This document shows positions 50,596 through 61,863 of a stretch of 64,000 bases of DNA, one piece after another (the stretch's first letter is position 1; every line of letters starts with the position of its first letter). The stretch covers positions 1,696,001 to 1,760,000 of the forward strand of contig OZ241993.1 in NCBI GenBank assembly GCA_965204575.1. The letters run 5' to 3'. The DNA comes from an uncultured candidatus Porisulfidus sp. (GTDB lineage: Bacteria > Pseudomonadota > Gammaproteobacteria > Poriferisulfidales > Poriferisulfidaceae). Under the pieces are notes generated by a model. It ran no database searches, was not told where the DNA came from, and saw only the letters and a list, made by a program, of their open reading frames with translations. Made by a program: the position numbers and the translations under genes.

Positions 50596-50699
50596 AGGTG
50601 ATTTAACCTCCCTGTTTCAAGGGCGGTTCCGGTTTCGCAAGCGTATTATTCCACAGGGGCTGCCCTGGATTAATCCGGGGGCGCTTCGCCCTGAAAGTA

Positions 50700-51188
50700 C
50701 TAGGAAATCTCTTCCGCCAGCCGACGCAATGCATGCAGCACGGACGCCCGCCGGACCGCGTCGCGGTCGCCGGAGAAATCCCGCCGTTCGCTGCATACCT
50801 CGCCGCCCGCGCGCAGGAACGCGAACCATACGCAGCCAACCGGCGCACGTTCCGTCCCGCCGGATGGCCCGGCCACGCCGCTGATCGCGCAGGCCAGGTC
50901 GCATTGCGCACGCTCCAGGGCTCCTGCCGCCATCGCTTCGGCCACGGCCCGGGAAACCGCGCCTTCCTGGCGGATCAGTTCCGGGTCGACACCCAGCGAT
51001 TCGCTTTTCGCCTCGTTGCCGTAGGTCACCCACCCGCACCCGAACCAGTCCGAACTGCCCGGCAGGTCGGTGCAGCATTTGGCGAGCCAGCCACCGGTGC
51101 AGGATTCGGCTGCCGCCATGCGCAGGCCCTGTGCCCGGCTGCGGTCAGCCAACACTTTTGCCGCTTCGAGCAACGATGCGTCGTCCAT
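50700..51188 (-). CDS. pncC: CinA/PncC NMN deamidase
   Basis: AESCTGG, PGSS.WF, GAVS and SGVAGP motifs. Confidence 0.9.
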   Translation of the reverse strand: MDDASLLEAAKVLADRSRAQGLRMAAAESCTGGWLAKCCTDLPGSSDWFGCGWVTYGNEAKSESLGVDPELIRQEGAVSRAVAEAMAAGALERAQCDLACAISGVAGPSGGTERAPVGCVWFAFLRAGGEVCSERRDFSGDRDAVRRASVLHALRRLAEEIS

Positions 51189-51226
51189 GCCCCAATCATA
51201 CCCGCTTGACAAGCCATCTCGCTTGC

Positions 51227-51265
51227 TTCACACTCCTCCAGCAGTGTATTACACTATGTAACACA
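51227..51265 (+). promoter_or_regulatory. Promoter with putative autoregulatory operator of the MNT-HEPN pair
   Basis: TTCACA-17 bp-TACACT. GTGTATTACAC palindrome over the -10, followed by a TGTAACACA box. Confidence 0.5.
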
Positions 51266-51276
51266 TAGGAGGAGCC

Positions 51277-51810
51277 ATGAATACTCCGACAATCAGTTTC
51301 CGCGTGCGCCAGGACTGGCAGGCCGACATCCGCGAATTGGTCAACTACATCAAAGACGACCCGGAATTGATCGGCCTGGCGCTGGAATACGTCCGCAGCG
51401 AACCCCGGCCGGAGCCCGAGGCCGAAGCCGCAAATGAAAATATTGGCCCGTTCCGCAATGCGGGGGCGGCTCTTTCCGTTCTGACGACGAACCTGGCCAT
51501 TGCATTCCAGCCCGATGCCATTTTCCTGTTCGGCAGCCGCGCACGCGGCACCGAACGCCCGGACAGCGACTTCGACCTGATGGTCGTGACTCCGGACAGC
51601 CAGCCTCTCGACCACCTGTCGGTGCGAAAACCCGTCGCCGGGTTCGGCATTCCGGTGGACGTGGTCCCTTGCCGCTACTCCGCGTTCGAGAGAAACCGGA
51701 ACGTGCCCGGCATGCTCCCCTACGAAGTCGACCAGGAGGGGAAATTGCTGGACGCGCGCATCGACGGTCCATTCTGGACACGCTATCGCGAGGCGTTCCC
51801 CCTGCGATGA
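51277..51810 (+). CDS. Minimal nucleotidyltransferase antitoxin with N-terminal extension
   Basis: LFGSRARG...DSDFDL and VDVV motifs; strong AGGAGG RBS. Confidence 0.85.
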   Translation: MNTPTISFRVRQDWQADIRELVNYIKDDPELIGLALEYVRSEPRPEPEAEAANENIGPFRNAGAALSVLTTNLAIAFQPDAIFLFGSRARGTERPDSDFDLMVVTPDSQPLDHLSVRKPVAGFGIPVDVVPCRYSAFERNRNVPGMLPYEVDQEGKLLDARIDGPFWTRYREAFPLR

Positions 51811-52196
51811 CCTTTCCGCTCGCCTTGGGACTCCTGAAGGCGGCCGGACGGGACGCCGCCGGCATCGAGCGCCTTCTTCCAGACCTCCCGGACCTGGCCG
51901 CCTTCCATGCCCAGCAGGCCGCAGAGAAACTCGCGCGCGCCGTATGCCTGCACGAGGACCTTCCGGGCCTTCACTCTCACGACATCGCGCGAATTGCCGA
52001 ACAGCTGGCCCAGGAGCACCCGCTCAGGAAAAGCCTCGCCAAACTCGACAGCCTCACCGGGGCGGCAACCGCCTGGCGTTATCCGGGCGCCGAGGGCGAA
52101 CTCCCGAAACCCCCCGAACCTCGTGAAATTCGGACGGCACTCAAACAGATCAAGAGCACTGAGGCCGAAATTCGCGATTGGCTCTCAGCTTCGTAA
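51807..52196 (+). CDS. HEPN domain toxin
   Basis: AAFHAQQAAEK, HSHDI and WRYP motifs; ATGA overlap with the MNT gene. Confidence 0.85.
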   Translation: MTFPLALGLLKAAGRDAAGIERLLPDLPDLAAFHAQQAAEKLARAVCLHEDLPGLHSHDIARIAEQLAQEHPLRKSLAKLDSLTGAATAWRYPGAEGELPKPPEPREIRTALKQIKSTEAEIRDWLSAS

Positions 52197-52326
52197 CCCT
52201 CTCAGGGCCTGTCCACTGCCATGTACCGCAGCGACGAAGATTTCAGGTTCCAGTTGTGCGCCCTGATCTTTTTTATGGCTTCTCTCGGCTTTTTAATCTT
52301 CGCCCTCATGACGATGGCGAAGGAAC

Positions 52327-52544
52327 GTACTGAGGCCCGTTTCCAAGATCAGCTGGAAGCCTGCAATGAGCGTTTGGGTGCCATTGTTCAGGATGATTGA
52401 GCGCTGCCACCTTGATCCTGAGCAAGCGGGATTGAAGCAAGCACACACGTAGTCCAACTGTCGCGCGGCCGTTGCAGGGGTCTGCTTGGTGGAATGGAAT
52501 GTCGGAACGCTGCCACTGTCCTCGGAAGAGCCGGCAGACCATGG
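52327..52544 (-). pseudogene. Degenerate copy of the 3' end of the EEP gene (53212-53427)
   Basis: Shares blocks such as ACACGTAGTCCAA, CAGGGGTCTGCTTG and TGGAATGGAATGTCGGAACG. Has indels and a lost stop. Confidence 0.85.
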
Positions 52545-52597
52545 AAAAACGCGAAAAACTCCCGGAAATCCGACTTGCAGGTACCTAGAGATGCATC

Positions 52598-52610
52598 TAA
52601 CTCATTGATT
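52598..52610 (-). promoter_or_regulatory. IHF consensus site
   Basis: AATCAATGAGTTA matches WATCAANNNNTTR, near the junction of the duplication. Confidence 0.45.
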
Positions 52611-52755
52611 CTAATATTGAAAGAATGGTCTAAAAATTCCGGCCATTTTTCCTTGATTTCCGTTGATTCTGTGTCATCATCCCGACTTGGGCCATGCAGG
52701 CCCCTCCATGGAGGAGCCTCTCCACATCACCCCATTCCTGTCAAGGAGGACCGAC

Positions 52756-53151
52756 ATGAACCCGCACGCCAAAAAGTCCGGCACCAACCCCGATCAACGC
52801 GAGAAAGCCACCCCGCCCCCGCCTTCATTTGATACACTTCGAGCTGTCGAGAGATTGAAGAATGCGGAATTCGGAGAGAAGCAGGCCGTGACCTTGGTCG
52901 AAACCCTACAGAATGTGCAAAGCGAGTTGGCCACAAGAGCCGACTTGGAAAAGACGGAACTTGCCTTGCGCGGTGACATGGAGAAGATGGAATCTAGCAT
53001 CCGTGCCGACATGGTGAAGATGGAACTCAGGCTACGCAGCGACTTTGAGAGTCAATTTGTCTCACTGCATCGGTTCTTGCTTATCGGCGGAGGCGTCATG
53101 ACCGCCATTCTCAGCGTCGTAATCACTCTCGCCACCACTCTCGCCAAGTGA
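52756..53151 (+). CDS. DUF1640/CCDC90-like coiled-coil protein with C-terminal TM helix
   Basis: FDTL..V..L....F.E.QA, LAT.ADL, heptad repeats, hydrophobic C-terminus; AAGGAGG RBS. Confidence 0.75.
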   Translation: MNPHAKKSGTNPDQREKATPPPPSFDTLRAVERLKNAEFGEKQAVTLVETLQNVQSELATRADLEKTELALRGDMEKMESSIRADMVKMELRLRSDFESQFVSLHRFLLIGGGVMTAILSVVITLATTLAK

Positions 53152-53211
53152 AGGCGGCCTGCACACGCTCATCCACCTATTCCAAACACACCGCAATCAT
53201 AACCAAACCAC

Positions 53212-54048
53212 CTACTGAAACCCGTTTTCAAGATCAACTAGGATCTTGCAGTGGTCACTCGGGCCCCATTGCTCAGGATCGTTGAGTGCCATCACCTTAA
53301 TCCTGGCAGCAAGCGGGGTTGAAGCAAACACGTAGTCCAATTGTCGAGTAGCTTTCTCAGGGGTCTGCTTGATGGAATGGAATGTCGGAACGTTGTCGCT
53401 GTCCTTAGGAAGTTCGGCAGGCCACGGTTTTGCCTGCCGACCGTGAGGAAACTGAGGTCCGATACAGGGAAGACCCAGCGCTTTCATCCTGTCGAACACG
53501 GTGGCATACCGGTTCGCCCAGTAGGCACTGCCATCTTCGCCGTAACCCTTGAGAATGTTCAGGTCACCCGCGGCAATAATGCGGTGTCCAGACTGTTGCC
53601 CAATGAATGCGGATAGATCCGAAATCAATCGATGAACTGAACCATCGGCGTAAATCCAACTGCTCTTAGTGCTTGAATGCGGGCTCTCCCAGCAAGCGTA
53701 CAAAGAAACGAGCGTCAAGGTCTCTCCCGACATCCCGGTCACCCTTGCGGCAGCAAGCGTCCCCGGCCGGCTTACCCCCAAGTCTCCCGAACACGATTCA
53801 TTGATGGGTTTCGCATTAATCCACTCGACTGCAACGCGGTCGCTCAGTTTGACGATGGCCGTGCGCCACGCGATGCTCTTCCCGCCGCAACCGTGCTCCC
53901 AGTCCACATCTCCAGTCTCAAATCTCCCCGCTAGATCTTCAGGCGGAGCCCCTGCCTCCTGAAGAAGCGCAACGTCCGCATCCAATTCGGCGAGATGCCG
54001 CCATGCCTGATGGCAATGCGCCATGTTCCAACTAATGATTCTGATCAA
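53212..54048 (-). CDS. Endonuclease/exonuclease/phosphatase (EEP) family protein
   Basis: IISWN, LLQEA, AGDLN, LDYVF and SDH motifs. Confidence 0.9.
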   Translation of the reverse strand: MIRIISWNMAHCHQAWRHLAELDADVALLQEAGAPPEDLAGRFETGDVDWEHGCGGKSIAWRTAIVKLSDRVAVEWINAKPINESCSGDLGVSRPGTLAAARVTGMSGETLTLVSLYACWESPHSSTKSSWIYADGSVHRLISDLSAFIGQQSGHRIIAAGDLNILKGYGEDGSAYWANRYATVFDRMKALGLPCIGPQFPHGRQAKPWPAELPKDSDNVPTFHSIKQTPEKATRQLDYVFASTPLAARIKVMALNDPEQWGPSDHCKILVDLENGFQ

Positions 54049-54296
54049 TTATCCCCCCCGAGACGACCGCAAAAAAATTTCGCATTAGCATGATGAAGTT
54101 TGTTCAAATTATGTCATCAGTCATGTCGCGAGGGATGGCTGGAGGCAGATCGGTAAATTGCAGTCGCCTGATTGGCTGGAAACGAGGCGGCTATGGCGGT
54201 GGACGCCGGTATATCCTGGCCACTGTTGAATACTCTGCCTGCGTGCCCTCGATACCGTCAAACATGGATGAAAAAGTTTCGGAATCAGGGCACAAG

Positions 54297-54471
54297 ATGA
54301 CTTCGGGACCGAACATACCCGGCAATTCATCGGCTGCACCCGTTTTTGTCACCGGCGCGGCCGGGCACGTGGGGCGCCAATCTCGTGCGCCGGCTGCTCA
54401 ACGAAGGCACCCGGGTCCGGGTGTTGCTGCGATACGAAGAAAGCAACGACGCACTGGAAGGTCTTGACTGA
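54297..54471 (+). pseudogene. NAD-dependent epimerase/dehydratase 5' remnant
   Basis: VFVTGAAGHVG, then a frameshift in a G run to ANLVRRLLNEGTRVRVLLR...LEGLD-stop. Confidence 0.7.
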
Positions 54472-54576
54472 GTAAAGCGCATTTTTGAGCCGAGTTCCCC
54501 GCGAACCCTCTACCCCGCCGCGGACTTCTGCCGGCAACCGTCCCAAGGGAGTTCAGAAATTTGACAAAATAGCCGG

Positions 54577-57177
54577 ATGGCACTGCAACCGGCTCCACTG
54601 TTGACTTCACCCACGCCGCAGCAGCATACTCCCAGCATGCGCCAGTACCTTGAGTTCAAGGCGCAATACCCCCAGCACCTGCTGCTTTACAGAATGGGAG
54701 ACTTCTACGAGCTGTTCTTCGAAGACGCCAAGCGCGGCTCCGAATTGCTGGATATCGTGCTGACCGAGCGTGGCCGCTCCAAGGGCCAGCCCATCCCGAT
54801 GGCAGGCATCCCGGTCGTCTCGCTCGACTCCTATCTCGCAAAACTCGTCGACCTCGGAGAATCCGCAGTGGTCTGCGAACAGGTCGGTGACAGCCCGTCC
54901 GGCCGGGGGCCGATGGAGCGCCAGATCTCGCGCATCGTTACGCCCGGCACCCTGATCGAGGACGAACTGCTGGACGCCGGGCGCGACACCCTGCTGCTCG
55001 CGCTGTGGCCGGGGGACCCGATCGGGCTGGCCAGCCTGAACCTGAGCTCGGGCCGTTTCAACGTAATGGAACTTCCATCCATCGAAGACCTGTACGCGGA
55101 ACTGGAGCGCCTCCAGCCGGCGGAAATCCTGTACCCGGAATCGAACACCCCTCCGGACTGGGAAGACACGCACTGGCAGCCTCTTTCGGACTGGCATTTC
55201 GATGTCGAGACCGCCACACGGCTCTTGTGCCAGCAACTCAAAGTCCATGACCTGTCCGCCTTCGACTGCCAGGATGCGCCTTCTGCCACCGGAGCTGCCG
55301 GAGCCCTGCTCTACTACGCCCAAGAGACGCAACGGGCGGCCCTGCCCCACATCACCAGCCTGCAGCGGGAGCGGCGCGACACCCATATCTACCTGGATGC
55401 CACCAGCCGGCGCAATCTTGAACTGGAGGAGACCATCTCCGGCGACTCCCGCCACAGCCTGCTGGGCGTGTTGGACAAAACCGTCACGGCGATGGGCCGC
55501 CGTTGCCTCAGCCGATGGATCCAGTCCCCCCTTCGCGACCGGGAAATGCTGGCGACACGTCATCAAATCGTCTCTCACTTGCTGGACAACACGCACCGCG
55601 CCCCGATCCGCGAACAGTTGAAGAAGGTCTCCGACATCGAGCGCGTGATCGCCCGCCTCGCCCTGTACACCGCTTCCCCGCGGGACCTGTGCGGCCTGGC
55701 CCAGACCCTGCAGCGCCTGCCGGACCTGCGCCGCCTGCTGGAGAACATCGACGCGACGGAATTCGATTCCTACCGCACCCATCTGCAATCGGACCCGGAA
55801 CTGGCCGCACACCTGGCCTCGGCACTCGCGGAGAATCCTCCTCCGACCATTCGCGAAGGCGGCGCCATCGCGGCGGGCTTCGATTCCGAACTGGATGAAC
55901 TGCGCGAACTGTCGCGCGGAGCCGACGATTTCCTCCTGGAGATGGAGGCGACCGAACGGGAACGCACCGGCATCGCCCAACTCAAGGTCGCCTACAACCG
56001 GATTCACGGCTACTACATCGAGGTCCCGCGCAGCCAGGCCGAGCGGGTGCCCGACCACTACCGGCGGCGGCAGACGCTCAAGAACTCCGAGCGCTACCTG
56101 ACATCGGAACTGAAGGAATTCGAGGACCGCGTCCTGAGTGCGCGCAGCCGGGCGCTGGAGCGGGAGAAGCAGGTCTACCAGAATCTCCTGGAAAGCCTGG
56201 CGCCACACCTGAATCACTTCAAGCAATGCGCGGCCGCGCTGTCCGAGCTGGACGTGCTCGGCAGCTTCGCCGAGCAGGCCAAGGCGCACCACTACTGCTG
56301 CCCCGAACTGGTCGACGAACCCGGTGTCGAGATCGAAGCCGGTCGCCACCCGGTCATCGAGCTGACTTGGAACGAACCATTCGTGCCAAACGACACGCGG
56401 CTTTCCGAGCAACGTCGCCTGCTCCTCGTCACCGGCCCGAACATGGGCGGAAAATCCACCTACATGAGGCAGACCGCACTAATCGTGCTGATGGCCTGCA
56501 TCGGCAGCCATGTGCCGGCCAAGCAGGCCCGGGTCGGCCCCATCGACCGAATCTTCACCCGCATCGGGGCCTCCGACGACCTGACTTCTGGCCGTTCCAC
56601 GTTCATGGTCGAGATGACGGAAGCGGCCAACATCCTGCACCACGCCTCCGAATACAGCCTGGTGTTGATGGACGAGATTGGTCGCGGCACCAGCACTTTC
56701 GACGGGATGGCGCTGGCATTGGGCTGCGCCGAATACCTAGCCACCCGAAACCGGGCCTTCACCCTCTTCTCCACGCACTACTTCGAACTAACCCAACTGG
56801 CCGAGATCCATCCCGGAATCGTCAACCTGCACCTGGACGCCACGATGCATGGCCAGCAGATCGTCTTCCTGCACGCCGTCAAGGAAGGACCCGCCAGCCA
56901 GAGCTACGGCCTGCAGGTCGCACGCCTCGCGGGCATTCCCACACCGGTGCTGGAGCGGGCCCAGGCATACCTGTTGGAACTCGAGGACGACAGCACCCAG
57001 CGTTGGGCGCGCAGCAATCCGCAGAAAGACCTGTTCGTGCCACCCTCCGACCCTCCATCCGTTCCGGCCGCCCTGGAACGCCTCCGCCAGGTCAGGCCCG
57101 ACCAATTGTCGCCGAAGGAGGCCCTGGACCTGATCTATGAATTGCAGAAACTGGATTCCCCCGAGGATGACGATTGA
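54577..57177 (+). CDS. mutS: DNA mismatch repair protein MutS
   Basis: [31 protein letters not shown] and SYG..VA motifs. Confidence 0.98.
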   Translation: MALQPAPLLTSPTPQQHTPSMRQYLEFKAQYPQHLLLYRMGDFYELFFEDAKRGSELLDIVLTERGRSKGQPIPMAGIPVVSLDSYLAKLVDLGESAVVCEQVGDSPSGRGPMERQISRIVTPGTLIEDELLDAGRDTLLLALWPGDPIGLASLNLSSGRFNVMELPSIEDLYAELERLQPAEILYPESNTPPDWEDTHWQPLSDWHFDVETATRLLCQQLKVHDLSAFDCQDAPSATGAAGALLYYAQETQRAALPHITSLQRERRDTHIYLDATSRRNLELEETISGDSRHSLLGVLDKTVTAMGRRCLSRWIQSPLRDREMLATRHQIVSHLLDNTHRAPIREQLKKVSDIERVIARLALYTASPRDLCGLAQTLQRLPDLRRLLENIDATEFDSYRTHLQSDPELAAHLASALAENPPPTIREGGAIAAGFDSELDELRELSRGADDFLLEMEATERERTGIAQLKVAYNRIHGYYIEVPRSQAERVPDHYRRRQTLKNSERYLTSELKEFEDRVLSARSRALEREKQVYQNLLESLAPHLNHFKQCAAALSELDVLGSFAEQAKAHHYCCPELVDEPGVEIEAGRHPVIELTWNEPFVPNDTRLSEQRRLLLVTGPNMGGKSTYMRQTALIVLMACIGSHVPAKQARVGPIDRIFTRIGASDDLTSGRSTFMVEMTEAANILHHASEYSLVLMDEIGRGTSTFDGMALALGCAEYLATRNRAFTLFSTHYFELTQLAEIHPGIVNLHLDATMHGQQIVFLHAVKEGPASQSYGLQVARLAGIPTPVLERAQAYLLELEDDSTQRWARSNPQKDLFVPPSDPPSVPAALERLRQVRPDQLSPKEALDLIYELQKLDSPEDDD

Positions 57178-57211
57178 CTTTGCCGAATCCGGCACCTACG
57201 GATAGTTCACG

Positions 57212-59446
57212 ATGCCGGCTCGATCATTCCTGAAATTGATCCTCGGCAAGCTTGCCGCACCGTGGGTCCAGTTGTACCGAAACGTCCGCCAAGGCTCGGC
57301 CCGGCTGCCGGAAGAACTGATCGAACAAGGCCCCCGCATCCGCGCCAGCGCCCGGTACGGCGGGATGGGCGAACGCGAACTGGAACTGCGCATGGAGCAG
57401 ATCATCGAGCGCATCCTTTCCACTCGACGCCGCGTGCACGAGCCCGCAAAGCAACTGGCCCCCTTCAACCACTTCGAGCAGCGCCGCTTCTTGGATTCCG
57501 GGCAGGCCCTGGCCGACCGCGACGTCGAACTCGCCTACCAATTCTTCCATTTCGGCATCCCGTCGCTTCGGCTGATCGATGAGGAACACTGGGACGGCTG
57601 GCTCGACCATCTGCGCGCCTGCCACGAGCTGGCCGGAGTCGATGCCGCCGTGCACGCCATGCAGGAAGTCGAAGGCTACCTGCAGAAAATCCTCGGTGGC
57701 GCCCGCGCCATCCGTCTCAACGACGTGGAGCGGCTGGTCGAGTCGCTGCTGGTCGGCTTCGGCGGACGGCCGCTCAAAGTCGGAATCGCCCCGGAGCCGT
57801 ACACCGACACGGAAACCGTCTACCTGCCCGAACTGATGGATGCCTGCGGCACCCGGGAGGAAAACTTCGAATTGCTCAAGGCTACCGCCGCGTACCTGTG
57901 GGCGCAAACCCGGTACGGGACATACCGGGCGCCCGCCGACGCCTTCGCCGGCTATTCGGACCGCGGCCGCGCCCGCCGCTACTTCCACGCACTGGAAATG
58001 CTCCGTTTGGATGCCCGGATCCGGCGCGGCATGCCCGGCATCGGCCGCATCCTCAAGCGCCACAACCCGCCCGACGCATGGACGGGACTGCCCGACACAT
58101 GGACGGCCGCCGTCGCGGAAATCTCGGATCCGAAAGCCACGGTCGAAGACTCTCTTCGCCTGCTCGAAGGGCTCTACCCGACCGCGGTCACGCTCCCGGA
58201 GATCCCGTACCAGGGCGTGCTGCGCCCGGAACTGGCCTCCGAAATCCTGATCAAACGGGTGGACGAGGAGCAGCATCAACTGGCGAATGCCCTGCTCAGC
58301 CTGAAGAAGGAACTGTCTCCTTTCCAGTCCGAGAAGGAACAAAACGAACGTTTCACCGTGCGCAGGGAGCAGAATCAGGTGGCCGACGAATTCGCGTTTT
58401 CCCTGGAACTCGGCGACGAAACCGTCACTCCGCCCGAGAATATCCAGCAACTGCTCGAGTCCATCATCCAGGACCTCGGGGAAATCCCCGACGAGTATCT
58501 TGAGCCAGCCGGCGCCGGCGCCTATCCCCCGGCTTCGGAAGAACCGGAGGATGCGTCTTCGCCCGCGAGCGGAGATGCGGATTACGTCTACCCGGAGTGG
58601 GATCATTCCCGCCAGAAGTACCGGGCCGACTGGTGCCAGTTGTATGAACGCCCGATCACCGGCGCCAGCGAACAGTTCGCACAGGACACGCTGGACCGGC
58701 ACCGCCGCCTGCTCGCCGGGCTCCGGCGCACGTTCGAGGCCCTGCGCGACGAGGAAAAACGCGTCCGTCGGGAAATGCACGGTGACGAGGTGGACCTGGA
58801 CAGCTTCATCAACGCCTACAGCGACTATGTCGGCGGCTCGGAACTGGACGAACGTTTATTCACCCGCATGAAAAAACTGGACCGCGACATCGCCGTGATG
58901 TTCCTGGTCGACATGAGCAGCTCCACGTCCGGCTGGATCAACAACCTGATGCGCGAGGCGCTGGTGCTGCTGTGCGGGGCGCTGGAAGCGTTGGGGGACC
59001 GCTACGCGATCTACGGATTTTCCGGGCGCACCCATCGCAATTGCGAGTTGTATCCGATCAAGGACCTGGATGAGGCCTACGGCGGCGACGTCCGCCGCCG
59101 CATCAGCGGCATTACGCCCCGGAACTACACCCGCATGGGCGTGATGATCCGCCATCTCACGCAACTGCTCAAGGACACGGAAGCCCGAACCCGCTTGCTG
59201 ATCACGCTGTCCGACGGCAAGCCGGACGACCAGGACGGCTACCGGGGCACTTACGGCATCGAGGATACCCGCCAGGCGCTGAACGAGGCCCGGCATTTGG
59301 GAATCCACCCGTATTGCATTACCATAGACAAAGCGGGCATGGAGTACCTCCCGCACATGTACGGGACCTCTAATTTTGCCGTAGTGAGCCGCATCGAGAA
59401 ACTCCCGACCAAAGTGTCCGACATCTACCGCCGCATTACCCTATGA
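57212..59446 (+). CDS. CbbO/NorD-type vWA domain protein
   Basis: YPEWD, GDEVDLD, MIDAS DMSSS, YTRMG..IRH, LSDGKP and YG.EDT motifs. Confidence 0.88.
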   Translation: MPARSFLKLILGKLAAPWVQLYRNVRQGSARLPEELIEQGPRIRASARYGGMGERELELRMEQIIERILSTRRRVHEPAKQLAPFNHFEQRRFLDSGQALADRDVELAYQFFHFGIPSLRLIDEEHWDGWLDHLRACHELAGVDAAVHAMQEVEGYLQKILGGARAIRLNDVERLVESLLVGFGGRPLKVGIAPEPYTDTETVYLPELMDACGTREENFELLKATAAYLWAQTRYGTYRAPADAFAGYSDRGRARRYFHALEMLRLDARIRRGMPGIGRILKRHNPPDAWTGLPDTWTAAVAEISDPKATVEDSLRLLEGLYPTAVTLPEIPYQGVLRPELASEILIKRVDEEQHQLANALLSLKKELSPFQSEKEQNERFTVRREQNQVADEFAFSLELGDETVTPPENIQQLLESIIQDLGEIPDEYLEPAGAGAYPPASEEPEDASSPASGDADYVYPEWDHSRQKYRADWCQLYERPITGASEQFAQDTLDRHRRLLAGLRRTFEALRDEEKRVRREMHGDEVDLDSFINAYSDYVGGSELDERLFTRMKKLDRDIAVMFLVDMSSSTSGWINNLMREALVLLCGALEALGDRYAIYGFSGRTHRNCELYPIKDLDEAYGGDVRRRISGITPRNYTRMGVMIRHLTQLLKDTEARTRLLITLSDGKPDDQDGYRGTYGIEDTRQALNEARHLGIHPYCITIDKAGMEYLPHMYGTSNFAVVSRIEKLPTKVSDIYRRITL

Positions 59447-60180
59447 ACACGATTTACCCCCATGGAATCCGCATTGGCCTGGCACTGACACTGGTGCTGG
59501 CGCTGACCGGCTGCAAAACCGACCTCTTCAGCACTCAGGACATCCCCGAGGAAGTCAAGAGAATCGCCAAAACCAGCGTGGACTACGCCTTGGACGCACA
59601 CCTGAACGCGACCACCGGGGGGCTCGAAGAACTGATGCGGGAGTTGTACCGGCTCAACCCCGGGGAACTGGAGAAAATGCCAGGCGCCACGGTCGACGAG
59701 CGGGTCGCCCTGGTGCTGCCGAACCGCACTTACGACGAGTTGCGATTCGGAGAACTGGACAGCCACCGCAGCACCGAAGCGATGCAGCTGGCATTCGAGC
59801 CCCGCTTCATCGGCGACCGGGTTTTCGCGCTGATGGTCGGCATCGTCAGCCAGATGCGGGTCGCGTACAACGACAAGCTGGAATTTTTCGCGCTGAACCG
59901 GCTGGATTCCGAGAATCTCGAGAACTTCGCCAACAACCTGGAAATCGTCCGCGTCAGCCTGGAACGCCGGACCGGGCCGGATGGCCAGCCGATCATACGG
60001 TACGAGGGCGACGCCCAACTCCTGGAATCGGGGCTTCCCAGGCCGACTTCCAAGCAGATCCTGGATCGGCTCGTCGGGCACCAGCGGGTGCTGGTCAGCA
60101 TCGCGCATGGCTGGCGGGACCGCGCTCACCAGGCCGCAGTGAGGACGATGGGCGCCGTCATCATGCTGCCTATCCCCTAA
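59443..60180 (+). CDS. Putative lipoprotein
   Basis: Lipobox LALTGC; ATGA overlap with the vWA gene. Confidence 0.7.
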   Translation: MNTIYPHGIRIGLALTLVLALTGCKTDLFSTQDIPEEVKRIAKTSVDYALDAHLNATTGGLEELMRELYRLNPGELEKMPGATVDERVALVLPNRTYDELRFGELDSHRSTEAMQLAFEPRFIGDRVFALMVGIVSQMRVAYNDKLEFFALNRLDSENLENFANNLEIVRVSLERRTGPDGQPIIRYEGDAQLLESGLPRPTSKQILDRLVGHQRVLVSIAHGWRDRAHQAAVRTMGAVIMLPIP

Positions 60181-60193
60181 GCCCCCCACGCGC

Positions 60194-61152
<959 letters not shown>

Positions 61153-61155
61153 AAT

Positions 61156-61863
61156 TCAGAGCCGACTCTCCGAAGTCGGCGGCTCGGCCAACACCTCGCG
61201 CACGAACGGCACGGTAATACGCCGCTGCTGGCTCAGCGAGGCCTGCTCCAACCGGTCCAGCAACTGGCAGAGTTGCCCCAGACCGCGGACCACATGGCGC
61301 TGCATGTAGCGCACCGCATCCTCCGGCAGGTCGTACCCCTGGCTGTGCGCGCGGCGGCGCAACGCTTCGGATTGCCGTTCGTCATCCAGAGGCTGCAGCG
61401 GAAACGACACGGCGCCGCGGAGCCGGGAACGCAGGTCGGGCAACTCCACCGACACGCTTGCCGCAGGCCGGCGCGCCGCCATCAGCAGGCTGGCGCCATG
61501 ATCCATCGCCTGGTTGACCAAGCCGAACAGCCGGTGCTCCCAGTCTCCTTGCTCCAGCACGGCATCCACGTCATCCAGGCAAATCCACAGGCACTGCTCC
61601 AAGCCGTCCAGGGTTTCCGGGCCCAGTTCCCGCATCTGCTTCAGCGGCAGATAGGCCGCGGACTCCTCCCGGGTCTTCGCCTGATGGCAGACCGCTTGTA
61701 GCAGGTGCGTCTTTCCGCTGTCTTGAGGACCATGCAGCCACAAGGACCCGCCCTGTCGCGGCAAGGATTCCAGCGCGTCGAGAATTCCCGCGTTGCCGTC
61801 CGTGCAGAAATTGGCAAAGGTATGCCGCGGATTGGAGCCAAGCGGCAGAATCAATTGGCTCAT
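61156..61863 (-). CDS. hda: DnaA regulatory inactivator Hda
   Basis: QL.LPL clamp motif, G...SGKTHLL, LPDLRSRL and ITVPFV. Confidence 0.92.
   Translation of the reverse strand: MSQLILPLGSNPRHTFANFCTDGNAGILDALESLPRQGGSLWLHGPQDSGKTHLLQAVCHQAKTREESAAYLPLKQMRELGPETLDGLEQCLWICLDDVDAVLEQGDWEHRLFGLVNQAMDHGASLLMAARRPAASVSVELPDLRSRLRGAVSFPLQPLDDERQSEALRRRAHSQGYDLPEDAVRYMQRHVVRGLGQLCQLLDRLEQASLSQQRRITVPFVREVLAEPPTSESRL

Noticed and set aside
50641-50656. LexA box upstream of recA
   Set aside because: GCGT-N8-ACAG has only one good half-site of CTGT-N8-ACAG, so it cannot be called.
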